Source: a virus (taxonomy: Duplodnaviria > Caudoviricetes). Taken from it: 54,729 nt of DNA. Shown here piece after piece: positions 10,293 to 20,900 of this stretch. Numbering within the stretch: position 1 is the first letter of the stretch; each line of letters opens with the position of its first letter. The notes below the pieces were generated by a model that saw only the letters and a list, made by a program, of their open reading frames with translations, did not search any database and was not told where the DNA came from. Location: positions 1 through 54,729 of the IMG/VR virus record IMGVR_UViG_3300032093_000178; one strand, 5' to 3'. A program made the translations under genes and the position numbers.

Positions 10293-10301
10293 TATAAATA
10301 T
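10293..10301 (-). promoter_or_regulatory. Putative late promoter motif ATATTTATA
   Basis: Same motif recurs about 15-60 nt upstream of eight structural genes. Confidence 0.55.
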
Positions 10302-10311
10302 CTATTAAAAG

Positions 10312-10345
10312 AAAAAGTTAGGACTATCTTTTAATCCTAACTTTT
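10312..10345 (-). terminator. Intrinsic terminator-like hairpin
   Basis: AAAAGTTAGGA...TCCTAACTTTT inverted repeat followed by TCTTTT on the minus strand, at the end of the chaperone-extension ORF. Confidence 0.55.
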
Positions 10346-10545
10346 GAAGATGTATTACCTTTTTGAGCCTGTTTAACATCTTCTGCTTCTTTCTTTTTAG
10401 ATTCAACTAATTTTTCATAGTAAAACATCCTTAAATACGTTGGCATTTTGTATAGTTCCATGATTGTAAATCCGTTACTATATTCAACCATTTCAAATAT
10501 TTGAGTATGTAGATGAACACTATGATTCCTCGGAAGGCCAAAAAA
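10324..10545 (-). CDS. Unannotated chaperone extension ORF (GT/gp51-like), probably reached by frameshift; 55 aa if started at ATG 10491
   Basis: +1 frame from the T7 run reads FFGLPRNHSVHLHTQIFEMVEYSNGFTIMELYKMPTYLRMFYYEKLVESKKKEAEDVKQAQKGNTSSKVRIKR*; below the ORF-track cutoff. Confidence 0.7.
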   Translation of the reverse strand, partial: FFGLPRNHSVHLHTQIFEMVEYSNGFTIMELYKMPTYLRMFYYEKLVESKKKEAEDVKQAQKGNTSSKVRIKR

Positions 10546-11284
10546 ACCCTACTCCAATTGGAATAGGCGCCTCCTCCACCTCACCATCTTCATGTGTATA
10601 TTTAAATACCATGTTCATATCAGGTGAAACTTTCTTAACATAATCTCTGAATGCTTTACTATCTCTAGCTAAAAATTCATTGTTGATAAATTTATTAATT
10701 CTACCAAGATCTGTATTACCATCAACCGATTTAATCATATATCTCAATCGTGTTGTAATTTCAAATGAAGTATCCTTATTTATTTTTTCTAATGCTTGGA
10801 TATCTTTATCAATTGCTCTTTCATCACCATGTGTAAGTAACTTAAATGTTAATTTATTTTTACCAACCGGTGTTTCAAATTGAAATTCATTAATATTTGC
10901 AATATCTGATACATCAATATCTTTTGTTCTAATTTCAGATAAATCTACAGTTGCTTCAATAGTTTTACCGAGTTTGTTAGAATAAAACGATATTTTGTAA
11001 TTTGGTCCATATCCCAAAAGTCTTGTTGCAAGAACAATTGCGTTTTTATCACCGATTAAGATATCATCAATATTAACATCATCTACTATAATTGATTCAA
11101 AAAGTTTATCTAAAACAATACCTTTTTTAATTAAGTTTGCAGATGAAAGAATATCCTCTTCCTTTGCCGTCATATACTTTATTGTAATATTACCAGAGGA
11201 TAATGGATTGTTTTTTGGGTAAAGTTTTCCTTTAGATGGAAGCTCAAGTACCTGTGTTGGAAAATCAAATTGCTTTTCACTCAT
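10520..11284 (-). CDS. Tail assembly chaperone / T4 gp26-like hub assembly protein, 254 aa
   Basis: 'ELPSKGKLYP...YMTAKEEDIL...GDKNAIVLATRLLGYG' and terminal 'FFWP'; between tube and tape measure. Confidence 0.7.
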   Translation of the reverse strand: MSEKQFDFPTQVLELPSKGKLYPKNNPLSSGNITIKYMTAKEEDILSSANLIKKGIVLDKLFESIIVDDVNIDDILIGDKNAIVLATRLLGYGPNYKISFYSNKLGKTIEATVDLSEIRTKDIDVSDIANINEFQFETPVGKNKLTFKLLTHGDERAIDKDIQALEKINKDTSFEITTRLRYMIKSVDGNTDLGRINKFINNEFLARDSKAFRDYVKKVSPDMNMVFKYTHEDGEVEEAPIPIGVGFFWPSEES

Positions 11285-11311
11285 AACTTTGTGTTTTATT
11301 TTGTTTGTATA

Positions 11312-11320
11312 TATAAATAC
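11312..11320 (-). promoter_or_regulatory. Putative late promoter motif GTATTTATA
   Basis: About 28 nt upstream of the chaperone ATG and downstream of a terminator. Confidence 0.55.
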
Positions 11321-11342
11321 ATAAATTTAAAAAATTTGAAAT

Positions 11343-11374
11343 AAAAAAAGGGATACCTTTTGAGTATCCCTTTT
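11343..11374 (-). terminator. Intrinsic terminator after the tail tube gene
   Basis: AAAAGGGATAC-loop-GTATCCCTTTT stem ending in a T7 run on the minus strand. Confidence 0.85.
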
Positions 11375-11393
11375 GTTATATCTAAATGTATTA

Positions 11394-11897
11394 TTAGTAC
11401 TCTAATATAGCGTAATCGTATGTAAGAGTTAATTCTATCGTTGCAGGTTCGTTTTCGCTTGAGAAATCAAGTTCACCAAACGCAGCTCTTGAAATGAATG
11501 CACCCATAATAGTCCATTTTTCAATCTTATCACCAACAGGTCCTAACATATAAAAGTTAAGATTTTTCTTATAGAATTCAGCGTATCCATCTCTACCGGT
11601 AATAGATTCATGAGATAAACGTACCCACTCCATTACATATTGTGCCGCTGATGGAACAATTGGGTCATAAAGTGTAATAGTTAAATCTTGCCACTCACCT
11701 TTACCTTTTAGTTTTCTATAAACGTTAATGTGGTCAATCTTTACAGTTTGAAACTGAATTTCTGGTCTATTTGCCGCCTTTACCATATATGCTGGAATGC
11801 CAGTATCTGCCATTTCCATATAGTAACGATTCTTCATCTTTGGCTCAAACTGAGCGAAAGTCATTTTATCATACGATAATATTAAATCATCTGCCAT
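11394..11897 (-). CDS. Tail tube protein (T4 gp19-like), 167 aa
   Basis: 'FEPKMKNRY...KLKGKGEWQDLTITLYDP...W...GAFIS...FGELD...IELTLTYDYA'; directly after the sheath. Confidence 0.9.
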   Translation of the reverse strand: MADDLILSYDKMTFAQFEPKMKNRYYMEMADTGIPAYMVKAANRPEIQFQTVKIDHINVYRKLKGKGEWQDLTITLYDPIVPSAAQYVMEWVRLSHESITGRDGYAEFYKKNLNFYMLGPVGDKIEKWTIMGAFISRAAFGELDFSSENEPATIELTLTYDYAILEY

Positions 11898-11951
11898 TTT
11901 TCTTTCCTTTTAATTTATATTAATAAATATTCAATTTATTTCTTTCCCATA

Positions 11952-14288
11952 TTATGCTGAGAAACTTGCTCCAGTTGGTAAGATGTTGAAATCTATTACA
12001 ATAAATTCCGCTGTCTTTGTTGGTTGGAGGAAGATAGCTCCCGCTAATATGTTTCTATCAATTACATCTGGTGTATTATTTGTGTCATCCATTACAACGT
12101 TGAAAGCGTATAAGCCTTGTCTTTGTTGAATTGATTCCAAATAAGGAGTTACAGTATTGATAAATCTGCTTCTCGTTTCAGAAGTATTTTGTTCAAATAC
12201 TAAATATCTAGATGTAGATGCAATAAATTTCTTCACAGCAATCAATAATCTTCTTACGTTGATTCTATCTAATGCCGATGCTTTATCTTGCAATGTTTTT
12301 TGTCCGAATGCTACAATACCTTGACCAGGGAAAGAAGCGATTGGGTTTACTTTGTTCTCATATAGAGTATCTCTTTCAGCGTGTGTAAGTCTATTTAATA
12401 CACTCACAGCACCGATGATACCACCTCTATTTAAACCAGCAGGTGCAAACCATTCTGCCGATAATCTATCACTACTTGCAAATACTGCAGGTAATAATAC
12501 TGATGGTGGAACAGTTGTCATCTTATTGGTATTAACATCAATTGTTTTTAACCAAGGATAGTAACAAGCTGCGTAGTTTGAATCAACTGCGTTTGCTTGT
12601 TCAGTTGCAGTTGTAATGTCAGAATCGTAATCAGTAAAGTCAGCGATATAGAAACAATCTTGTCTATCTTCACACATATCGATAATTCTTTGTGTGATTG
12701 CTGGATGTAATTCTCTATTAATACCAGGTGCTGCCACTAAATTGATATCATATTCATCAGGGTTTGATAAAGCGTTGATTGCTTTAGTATATCCTACCGA
12801 ACCAGATGCGGTGGATGTTCCACAGTTAAATCCTTGATTGTTAGCCGCTCCCCATATATCAACATTATTTAAATCTTTATCACCAGCTTTAGCGATAGGA
12901 ATTGTTGGATTAACACCATCAAACCCTCCTTGGAATGCTACCAAGAATTGTCTTTTAACCATATCAACAGCGGCTGAACCGGTCATTTTATAAGTCAATT
13001 GAGAATCGAATGCAAATAGTGTGTTTGCACCAGTTGTTGCTCCGTCAGGAATTGGTTTTAAATATTGTTGGTTATCAATAACAACTCCAGTTGTTTCATA
13101 ATCAAATCCAGCAAAATAAAGTGGAGATGAAGATGTGTTATTAGCAGAACCGGTTTGGAAAACAACTGCTGGGATTAAACTATCACTTGCAGTAGTTTTA
13201 ATTGGTAATTCATATGCTTTGTGTCCAAATGGTGCTGCTGAAATTGGGAATGAACCTTCTTTAGCAACTTCAACTCTTATATGAAGTGATTTGTTTGAAT
13301 AATCACCGAATTCAGTAATTTTACCATTTGCATCAGTTTCAAAATATCTGTCACCGATTACTCTAGCAATATATCTAGGAGATGATGGGTCAAGGTTTAC
13401 ATTATTCCATGTTTCCATTACACTCTTTCTCTTATCGGTATCGCCATATGTTCTAAGCGTTACAGAGAATACAGCATAATCAGTTGAACCATCTTCACCA
13501 GCTGCTCTTACATTTGAAATTCCAATTTTATATTTTCTATTATAAAGATTACCATGTCCAATCGTATGGAAACGGAAAAGTTCATATCTTAAATCGTTGT
13601 TATCTTTTTGTGATAATATCCAAGGAGTAGTTGCTGTTGTTGCATCGTATGCAAAATCTTGTGTTGGTAATTGTACCACACTAATCACAACTCCTTGTGC
13701 ACCACCACCATCGGTATCGTACTCACTTGCTACATTTTCAAAATAAGTGTATGAATATGCATGTTTAGAACCAAATGGAGATTCACCAAATACATCTCTA
13801 ATATCATTTTGAGATGATGGTAATACAGATGCAGAAACCAAACCTATACCAGAACCAGAAAGTAAGAAAGAACCAGAGAATGCCGCTCTACCATCGCTAG
13901 TTAAAACCGATGATGGGAATCCTACTCCTTCATCACCAACTCTTGTTGAATGTAGAGTTGCAACGATTTTTTCTCCAAACGAACCAGATGCTTTAATTGC
14001 AATTGGTGCGGTTTGTAAATATCCACCGATTCCACCAACTCTTACGATTGTTGCTGAACCTGCTTCTCTTAAATAATTTTGTACTGCGTATTCAGTATAA
14101 TAGGTCCCATCAGGTGTTCCAAAAATAGTTTCAAACTCTGATTGAGTTCTTACTACAGTTGGTACATATACAGGTCCTTGTTTGAAAGGTCCTATAAATG
14201 CGCCACCAATTTCACCTACTCCCTGTGCTAAGAAGGACAGGTCATTTTCTCTTGTGAATACACCAGGTGATACAATTCTTTCTGCCAT
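11952..14288 (-). CDS. Contractile tail sheath protein (T4 gp18-like), 778 aa
   Basis: N-terminal 'SPGVFTREND', 'WFAPAGLNRG', 'LYENKVNPI', 'GQKTLQ...SALDRINVRRL', C-terminal 'PTKTAEFIVIDF'. Confidence 0.95.
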   Translation of the reverse strand: MAERIVSPGVFTRENDLSFLAQGVGEIGGAFIGPFKQGPVYVPTVVRTQSEFETIFGTPDGTYYTEYAVQNYLREAGSATIVRVGGIGGYLQTAPIAIKASGSFGEKIVATLHSTRVGDEGVGFPSSVLTSDGRAAFSGSFLLSGSGIGLVSASVLPSSQNDIRDVFGESPFGSKHAYSYTYFENVASEYDTDGGGAQGVVISVVQLPTQDFAYDATTATTPWILSQKDNNDLRYELFRFHTIGHGNLYNRKYKIGISNVRAAGEDGSTDYAVFSVTLRTYGDTDKRKSVMETWNNVNLDPSSPRYIARVIGDRYFETDANGKITEFGDYSNKSLHIRVEVAKEGSFPISAAPFGHKAYELPIKTTASDSLIPAVVFQTGSANNTSSSPLYFAGFDYETTGVVIDNQQYLKPIPDGATTGANTLFAFDSQLTYKMTGSAAVDMVKRQFLVAFQGGFDGVNPTIPIAKAGDKDLNNVDIWGAANNQGFNCGTSTASGSVGYTKAINALSNPDEYDINLVAAPGINRELHPAITQRIIDMCEDRQDCFYIADFTDYDSDITTATEQANAVDSNYAACYYPWLKTIDVNTNKMTTVPPSVLLPAVFASSDRLSAEWFAPAGLNRGGIIGAVSVLNRLTHAERDTLYENKVNPIASFPGQGIVAFGQKTLQDKASALDRINVRRLLIAVKKFIASTSRYLVFEQNTSETRSRFINTVTPYLESIQQRQGLYAFNVVMDDTNNTPDVIDRNILAGAIFLQPTKTAEFIVIDFNILPTGASFSA

Positions 14289-14345
14289 TTTATTTCTCCG
14301 ATTTGATTTTGATTGTTGGTATTATTTTTTGTATAACAATACACA

Positions 14346-14354
14346 TATAAATAT
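14346..14354 (-). promoter_or_regulatory. Putative late promoter motif ATATTTATA upstream of the sheath
   Basis: Recurrent motif, just downstream of a hairpin. Confidence 0.55.
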
Positions 14355-14361
14355 AATGAAA

Positions 14362-14403
14362 ATACCCAAAACACAATTTTATTAGTTAAAGTGTTTTGGG
14401 TAT
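14362..14403 (-). terminator. 13-bp perfect inverted repeat, terminator-like, closing the appendage block
   Basis: ATACCCAAAACAC-N16-GTGTTTTGGGTAT followed by TTTC on the minus strand. Confidence 0.6.
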
Positions 14404-14422
14404 ATACTATTTTTAAATTAAC

Positions 14423-14851
14423 CTATTGAGCTGCTTGAGATGCATATAATGCCTGACCGGATAATGGGTCTGGCGTTACTGAACCAGATAATGACCCGGT
14501 ATACCAAGGTAATTCGGTTTCTCCAACGATTTGTACAACATTTCGCTGACCATCTATATCTTTTTGGATTCTACCAATTATATGGTCCCAATAGTTTGTT
14601 GCAGTATTTGAACCACTAACGTGATTTTTTATCCATCCTAATACTTGCTCTTCTGTTAGTTCATTATATGATGTAAAAGTACTTACATTAACGTCAGATG
14701 CTTTAAATGGAGTTGCACCAGTAAATTTTCCACTATATCCATCATCATCAGTAACTACTACTTCCCAGTTAGTTCCAATGATAACTCCCTCTAGACCTTC
14801 ATGATTTTGTTTTCTTAGTCCTTTTAATGACCAACTTTGTGTATATGCCAT
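14423..14851 (-). CDS. Fibre-associated small protein, 142 aa
   Basis: 'WSLKGL...FTSYNELTEEQVLGWIK' pattern is common in small genes after phage fibre genes. Confidence 0.6.
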   Translation of the reverse strand: MAYTQSWSLKGLRKQNHEGLEGVIIGTNWEVVVTDDDGYSGKFTGATPFKASDVNVSTFTSYNELTEEQVLGWIKNHVSGSNTATNYWDHIIGRIQKDIDGQRNVVQIVGETELPWYTGSLSGSVTPDPLSGQALYASQAAQ

Positions 14852-14902
14852 AGCTTACTATTTTATCTATAAATATATGTGTTTTTAAAAAAAGTAACCA
14901 AT

Positions 14903-17900
14903 TTAGTTTTTATTTAAAATTTTATGAACTATTGTTTTTAGTTCTTCAATTTCTTTGTTTTGTTTTTCTATAATTTCTTGCTGCTCTTTAACTGATTGTA
15001 TCAATACAGGTACAATCTTTTCAAGTTGTACAGTTTTATAGTTTTGTCCGGATATTGATTTACCATCGGATAATGCATCAAACGGAGCAGGTTTAATAGC
15101 TTGTGGTATTACTTTCTCAACTTCTTGTGCAATTACCCCAATATCATGCCTATCAACCGGATTAAATCCTAAATCATCAACAATATCTTTCCAATCAAAG
15201 TAAACACCTCTCAATCTTTTCAACATTCCTAATGCATCTGAAATTGTAGTGATATTTTCTTTTAATCTTTCATCCGATGAATATGCAATAATGTTACCTG
15301 CTGCATACATATCACCACCCGGTGTCAATTGCCATCTATTTGCACCCATTGACCATCCACCGATACGAATTACGTTATCAACATCAAGTCCCATATTAGT
15401 TGCAAATACACCGTATTTATGCCAAGAGAAGAATGCGGTTAAGTTACTATTTGCACAGGCTTGTAAGTTTGCAGTATTGGTATCGTTTACATAATATGCT
15501 CTATTTGTTACAAATTGGAATTCATAGTTTGGTTGAGAGAAACCACCATTTGTGTTGGTGTATCTAAATCTACCATCACCAGAACTACTACCAAAATAGT
15601 ATCCAGTATCGTCAAGATCGTAATAAATTCTAGCCTGTACATCGCTGTTTATAAGAACGGTATTACCGGTATGCCAGTTAAGATACATTGGATATCCCGG
15701 TCTAGCATCAATGTGTAAGTTACCATTTGATGTAAACATTTGTGCCCAATCACCTATATGGTTATTAGCACCAACTCTTAAATAAGCTCCCCACCACCAG
15801 TTAGGTCCGTGAAGTGTACCACCTCTAATTCTTAAACCTTGGTTATCAGTATTGTGTTGGTCTAAATAATATCCAGTATCTTGGTTATCATAGAAAATTG
15901 GCGCTCTTAATGAACCACCTGCTTCTAAATATTGGTCTACATAAACACCCCATCCAGTAGTAACCATTCTTCTAGAACCAGCATAGTACATATTCAACTC
16001 AGCTCCACTCATGTACCAAATCCAACCTCTAGCACTATCGTGAAGACCAACGTTATCACCCATAGTACTCATAAAGGTATATCTACTACCAATACCATAC
16101 CCATACCATCCATTTCTACCACCACCATAAGTTGCTATATGGCCATATGGATTGCCCTCACACTCTGGAGACCAAATACCTCTACCATAAGATTCCCAAT
16201 AAACACCGGTACATCCTTGTGGTCTGAACCAGTTGTTTGCTAATACATAGTGTAATTGAGATGTACCATTCGGGTCTAATCTATAACCAGAATCGTTTCT
16301 ATCATAAAAAATATTAGAATATATTTCACCAACACCATAAATACCATTTCCATAATATTCAGATGGTCCAAAGTATCTCATCCATTGATTGGTATAATAG
16401 TTCATATAGATTGAATATCCGCAATACGAATCTATATGTAAGTTACCAGGAAGATAAATTCTACCACAACCGTTTCTAGAAATAATTTCACTGTCTACGG
16501 TAATACGGCTTAATGCAGATGTACCATTAGGGTCTGAATAGAATCCGGTATTATTTGAATCATAAACGATAGTTGCATAAAAATCACTAGAATATTCATT
16601 CAGACCATACATTGCAATCTTTCTCCAACCAGACGGTGAAGACCAAACATTTCTAAACCACAATCCACTAATAGGTCCACCAACCATTTGCCAACCGTAT
16701 CCACAACCATATCCACAAGTATAGTGAGCGGTTTGAATACCGGTCCAGTGAGATGTACCCGCTGGTTGGTTACCAGGATTACCCCAGCTATCAAAGAATC
16801 CACTACCCCAGTTCCAAACGGAGTTAAGGTCAGTTGTACCCCAACCCATTGAACCAACCCAATAGTTACTATCACCGGTGAAATCCCAACGAGGTGAATT
16901 ATATTTTGCGGTATTACCCATAGAAGCTTTTGTTCTATCGGTAAATCTATTCATATTCGATGTACCATTACCATCAAAATAATATCCAGTATCGTGGTCA
17001 TAATATATGGCTGCTCTAACATCGGAATGTGCATAAATACCATGTGACCTCATCGATGCTCTATCCGAACCGGCATAATATAAGTTTAGTTCGCCACCAC
17101 TCATATACCACACCCATCCTCTAGCACTGTCATGCATACCAACGTTGTCACCACCGGTACTCATCAGGGTATAACGGCTGAATATACCATATCCACCCCA
17201 TCCGTTTCTACCACCTCCGTTTGTTGCAACGTGCCCATAAGGATTACCCTCACATTCAGGTGACCATAGTCCTCTACTATATGATTGGAAATAGAATCCA
17301 GCACAACCTTGTGCTCTGAACCAGTCATTTGCATATACCGCACTCATTTGAGAAGAACCATTCGGGTCTATATAATATCCGGTGTTATTACCATCATACC
17401 AATATCCGGCATAGAATGTACCACCACCTATGTTTCTATCGTACAACATCACCTCATACCAAGGATATGTTGTACCACCCCATTTACCTCTTAACCACCA
17501 ACGGCTTCCTGCGTCATGCGCACCTACCATTTGCCAACCATACGCAGAACCACCATCAGATGATGCGTAGTGTTGACCCGAAACTATACCTTGTGCGTGA
17601 ACATAACCACCGCCTTGAGGGTGACCAGTTCCACCACCCCAAATATCCCATCCCCCAAAACCAGATTTCCAAGCGTTATCCCAGTTTCCAGCAGATGTAC
17701 CCCATCCAAAAGTACCCGTCCAATAGTTTACATCACTTGTATAATCGAATCTAGGAGTAATCCAATGATAACCCCTATTCATTGCGGCATGTGTTCTTTG
17801 AGTAAATCTATTTAAGTTAGATGTACCATCCATATTAAGATACCAGCCATTATCATTATAATCGTAAATTATTTGAGGTCTAATACCACCACTACCAGGT

Positions 17901-20900
17901 ACTTGAATAGTATTACTACCCTCACCCATATACATTGTCATAGATGAGTTGTTACCATACCAATGTTGTGCCTCAACTACATATGCTGAGAAATCCCAAC
18001 GAGGTTCGTTGTTTACGTTATTAACAAGTTTAATTCTATTACCAACAATATAGTTTGTACGAGATGTTGATGCAAAATCACCATAATAACCACCATCATT
18101 TGAATCGTAATAAATTGGAGCGTACATTGCACCACCAACGGATACAGTACCACCAATAAATGCACCACCTGCAAAACCTAAACGAGAATAAGTTGTACCA
18201 TTATCTTTTAATGCCAAATGATGTCCATATCCACTTCCATACTCATAACCCAATCCGTACATATTACCAAGTGGCCAAGATTCACCAATCGTCCAAATTA
18301 CTTTTGCCGATGTACCTGCGTTATTATAATCACCCATCAAACCACCACTATTTCTACTTACCAAATAGTTACTATACCACATTCTACCATTTTGCTCCGT
18401 TTGATTGAAGTTATTAGTAGAAGCAGGGTCTGAATAATATCCTGTGTTATTTTGGTCATAGAATATCGGAGAACGCATTGAACCATACGCCCATAGATTA
18501 CCAGATGTATCACCTTCTACAACATTACTACCACCAGAATTTCTAAAAATAAAGTAGCTAGCATATTGGAAATACCAGTTACTACTATGATATTGAATTT
18601 TTCCAGCATATTCACCATCCCATCCAGAAGAGTCTGCTCTCCAACTACCATGAGTTCTTATCGCAGTTGTACTATCACCATTAAAATAATAAGTTGAGTT
18701 TGTATCGTAGAATATTGGAGCTTGTACATAGTTTACACCATAAATGTCTCTACTTCTTAATACCTGAAGGTCACCAGAAATCCAGCTATATGAATCAGAT
18801 TCGATTGCCGCCGAATATCCTTCAGCAACATCCATTACACCATCGTAATATGTACCATTTTGTATTTTACGAAGAACAACTTGTCCATAAGACCAAGAAG
18901 AACCACCAGTACCAATTACGATACAATATCTACCATCTTTAACACCAACTCTAACTTGCTTATCAGTATATCCTACTACGTTTGCGTTATAGTTATACCA
19001 CGCACCATTCCAGTTATGTCCACCAACAATTACAGTTGCTGCCGCATTTCCATTATATTCATAAATGTCAATTACGGCGTGAATCATACCATAGTTACCG
19101 GTTCCACCAGGGAATTTAATAATTACGGCACCGGTTGCACCAGTTGCACCCCAAACTGCGTATGGTCTACCAACAATATTTCTTTGTTTAATACCACCTT
19201 GAATTCTTAAAGATGTTGCGGTTGAAGCTGGATTTAAGAAATATCCAGTATCATCATAATCATAAAATATACTTGCTCTTACATCACTAAAGTTTGTAGC
19301 AGAATTACCACCACCATTTATACCACCATACAACCAGTTATATCCGGCTGAATAGATACCATTTGGATGCCAAGAAGCATTACCCGTTCCACCAACGTTA
19401 CCATTACCTCTATAAGAATAAGCGTAAACTTCATTCAGATTAGATGTAGATGCCGGGTCTAAATAATATGCAGTAGATGTGTAATCATAATAAATTGGAG
19501 AACGAACCGAACCGAAAGAATATAGGTTAGATGAACTATCCATATATCCTTTTTGTGAGTTTCCAATTCTAAATTCAACATAGTTTTCAGAACCCAACAT
19601 TAAATACGTTGATGAATATACACCAGGTGCTCCCCAAGCTGCTCCTAACCTTACATCACTTACACCATTACCTTCTGGATTTTGAACTCTAAACCCACTA
19701 TCGTTTGTGTAGAATTTAACTCGATTTGATGACCCACCTTGTAGTACAAATCCGCCATTTGCAGGATTTGTATAATATGTTGAATCATCTAAATCATAAT
19801 AAATTGGTGCGTACATTGAATTATACGAAATAGTCGCATCTGGTTGTAATCTAAAATCTTCGGAGTTGTTATACGCAAATCTTAAATAATCGGATGCACC
19901 ATTATCAACTAATAAGTTCCATCTATTACTTTCATCAGAAGAATATAAATTCAATCCATCATCCCAACTCGTACCACTTGCTACTAAATTAGTTTTTCTA
20001 ATTCTTGAAGTACTATTTGGGTCAATATAATAGTTTCTATCATCATAATCATACATAATACTATGCATTGCATATGTTGATGTAGTTTGATTATAAGTTG
20101 TATTGTTACCAATTACACCAGAACCTAGTGGAACTCTTGGTACACCACCCGGATCAGCTACACTATATTCAATTGAACCAATGTTATCATTATTGAAATT
20201 CATGTCCGCAGATACAGACATTCTATAACGAACTCCATCTAATAATAACATATAGAACCAATATCCACTACCGGCTAAATCTCTTGGACCAGCTTGGTAG
20301 ATATAATATCCATATGGATTTTGGTTAGCGTTGTAAGAACCATGTTCAGTATAGAAATACCACATATTTTCTTGCCCACTATGCCATTCTCTAGAATTTA
20401 TTACAAATTCCGCAGTACAACCACCATACGGGTTACTACCATTATCACTAATTGCACGAGATATAGAAAGTCTAACTGGTGAACCACCACTATTGAATCT
20501 ACTAATACTAAATCTTACCCATCTTCTATTACCATTAAATGTACCAGGAACATCAATATATTGTTCGTTCTGATAAGTTTTATTTACTTGTAATGCGTTT
20601 AATCTAGATGTTGATAATGGATTGGTATAATATGATGTATTATCGGAATCATAAAATATTGGTGCTCTAAAATCAGAAGATGCATATGCGACACCACTTT
20701 CATTTACAGAGAATAATTCATTCGTTGATTTAATTGCATTATTACCAACTATAAATCTTACACCGGTATCATTATTATTAGAATCAATACTTACACGAAC
20801 ATCACCGGCACTTGCTAAGTTTAATATATTACCAGATGAATTATTTTGTATAACGGTTACATCATAGGTATTATCTCTATAAATACCAGCCGCTGTATCC

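Noticed and set aside
10431-10546. Canonical -1 frameshift in the tail chaperone
   Set aside because: The -1 frame stops after about 37 codons with no protein-like character; the +1/-2 frame is the extended one
15940-17350. Diversity-generating retroelement TR/VR pair
   Set aside because: Both copies are in-frame in one gene, differences are not adenine-specific in the stretch compared, and no reverse transcriptase is in the window
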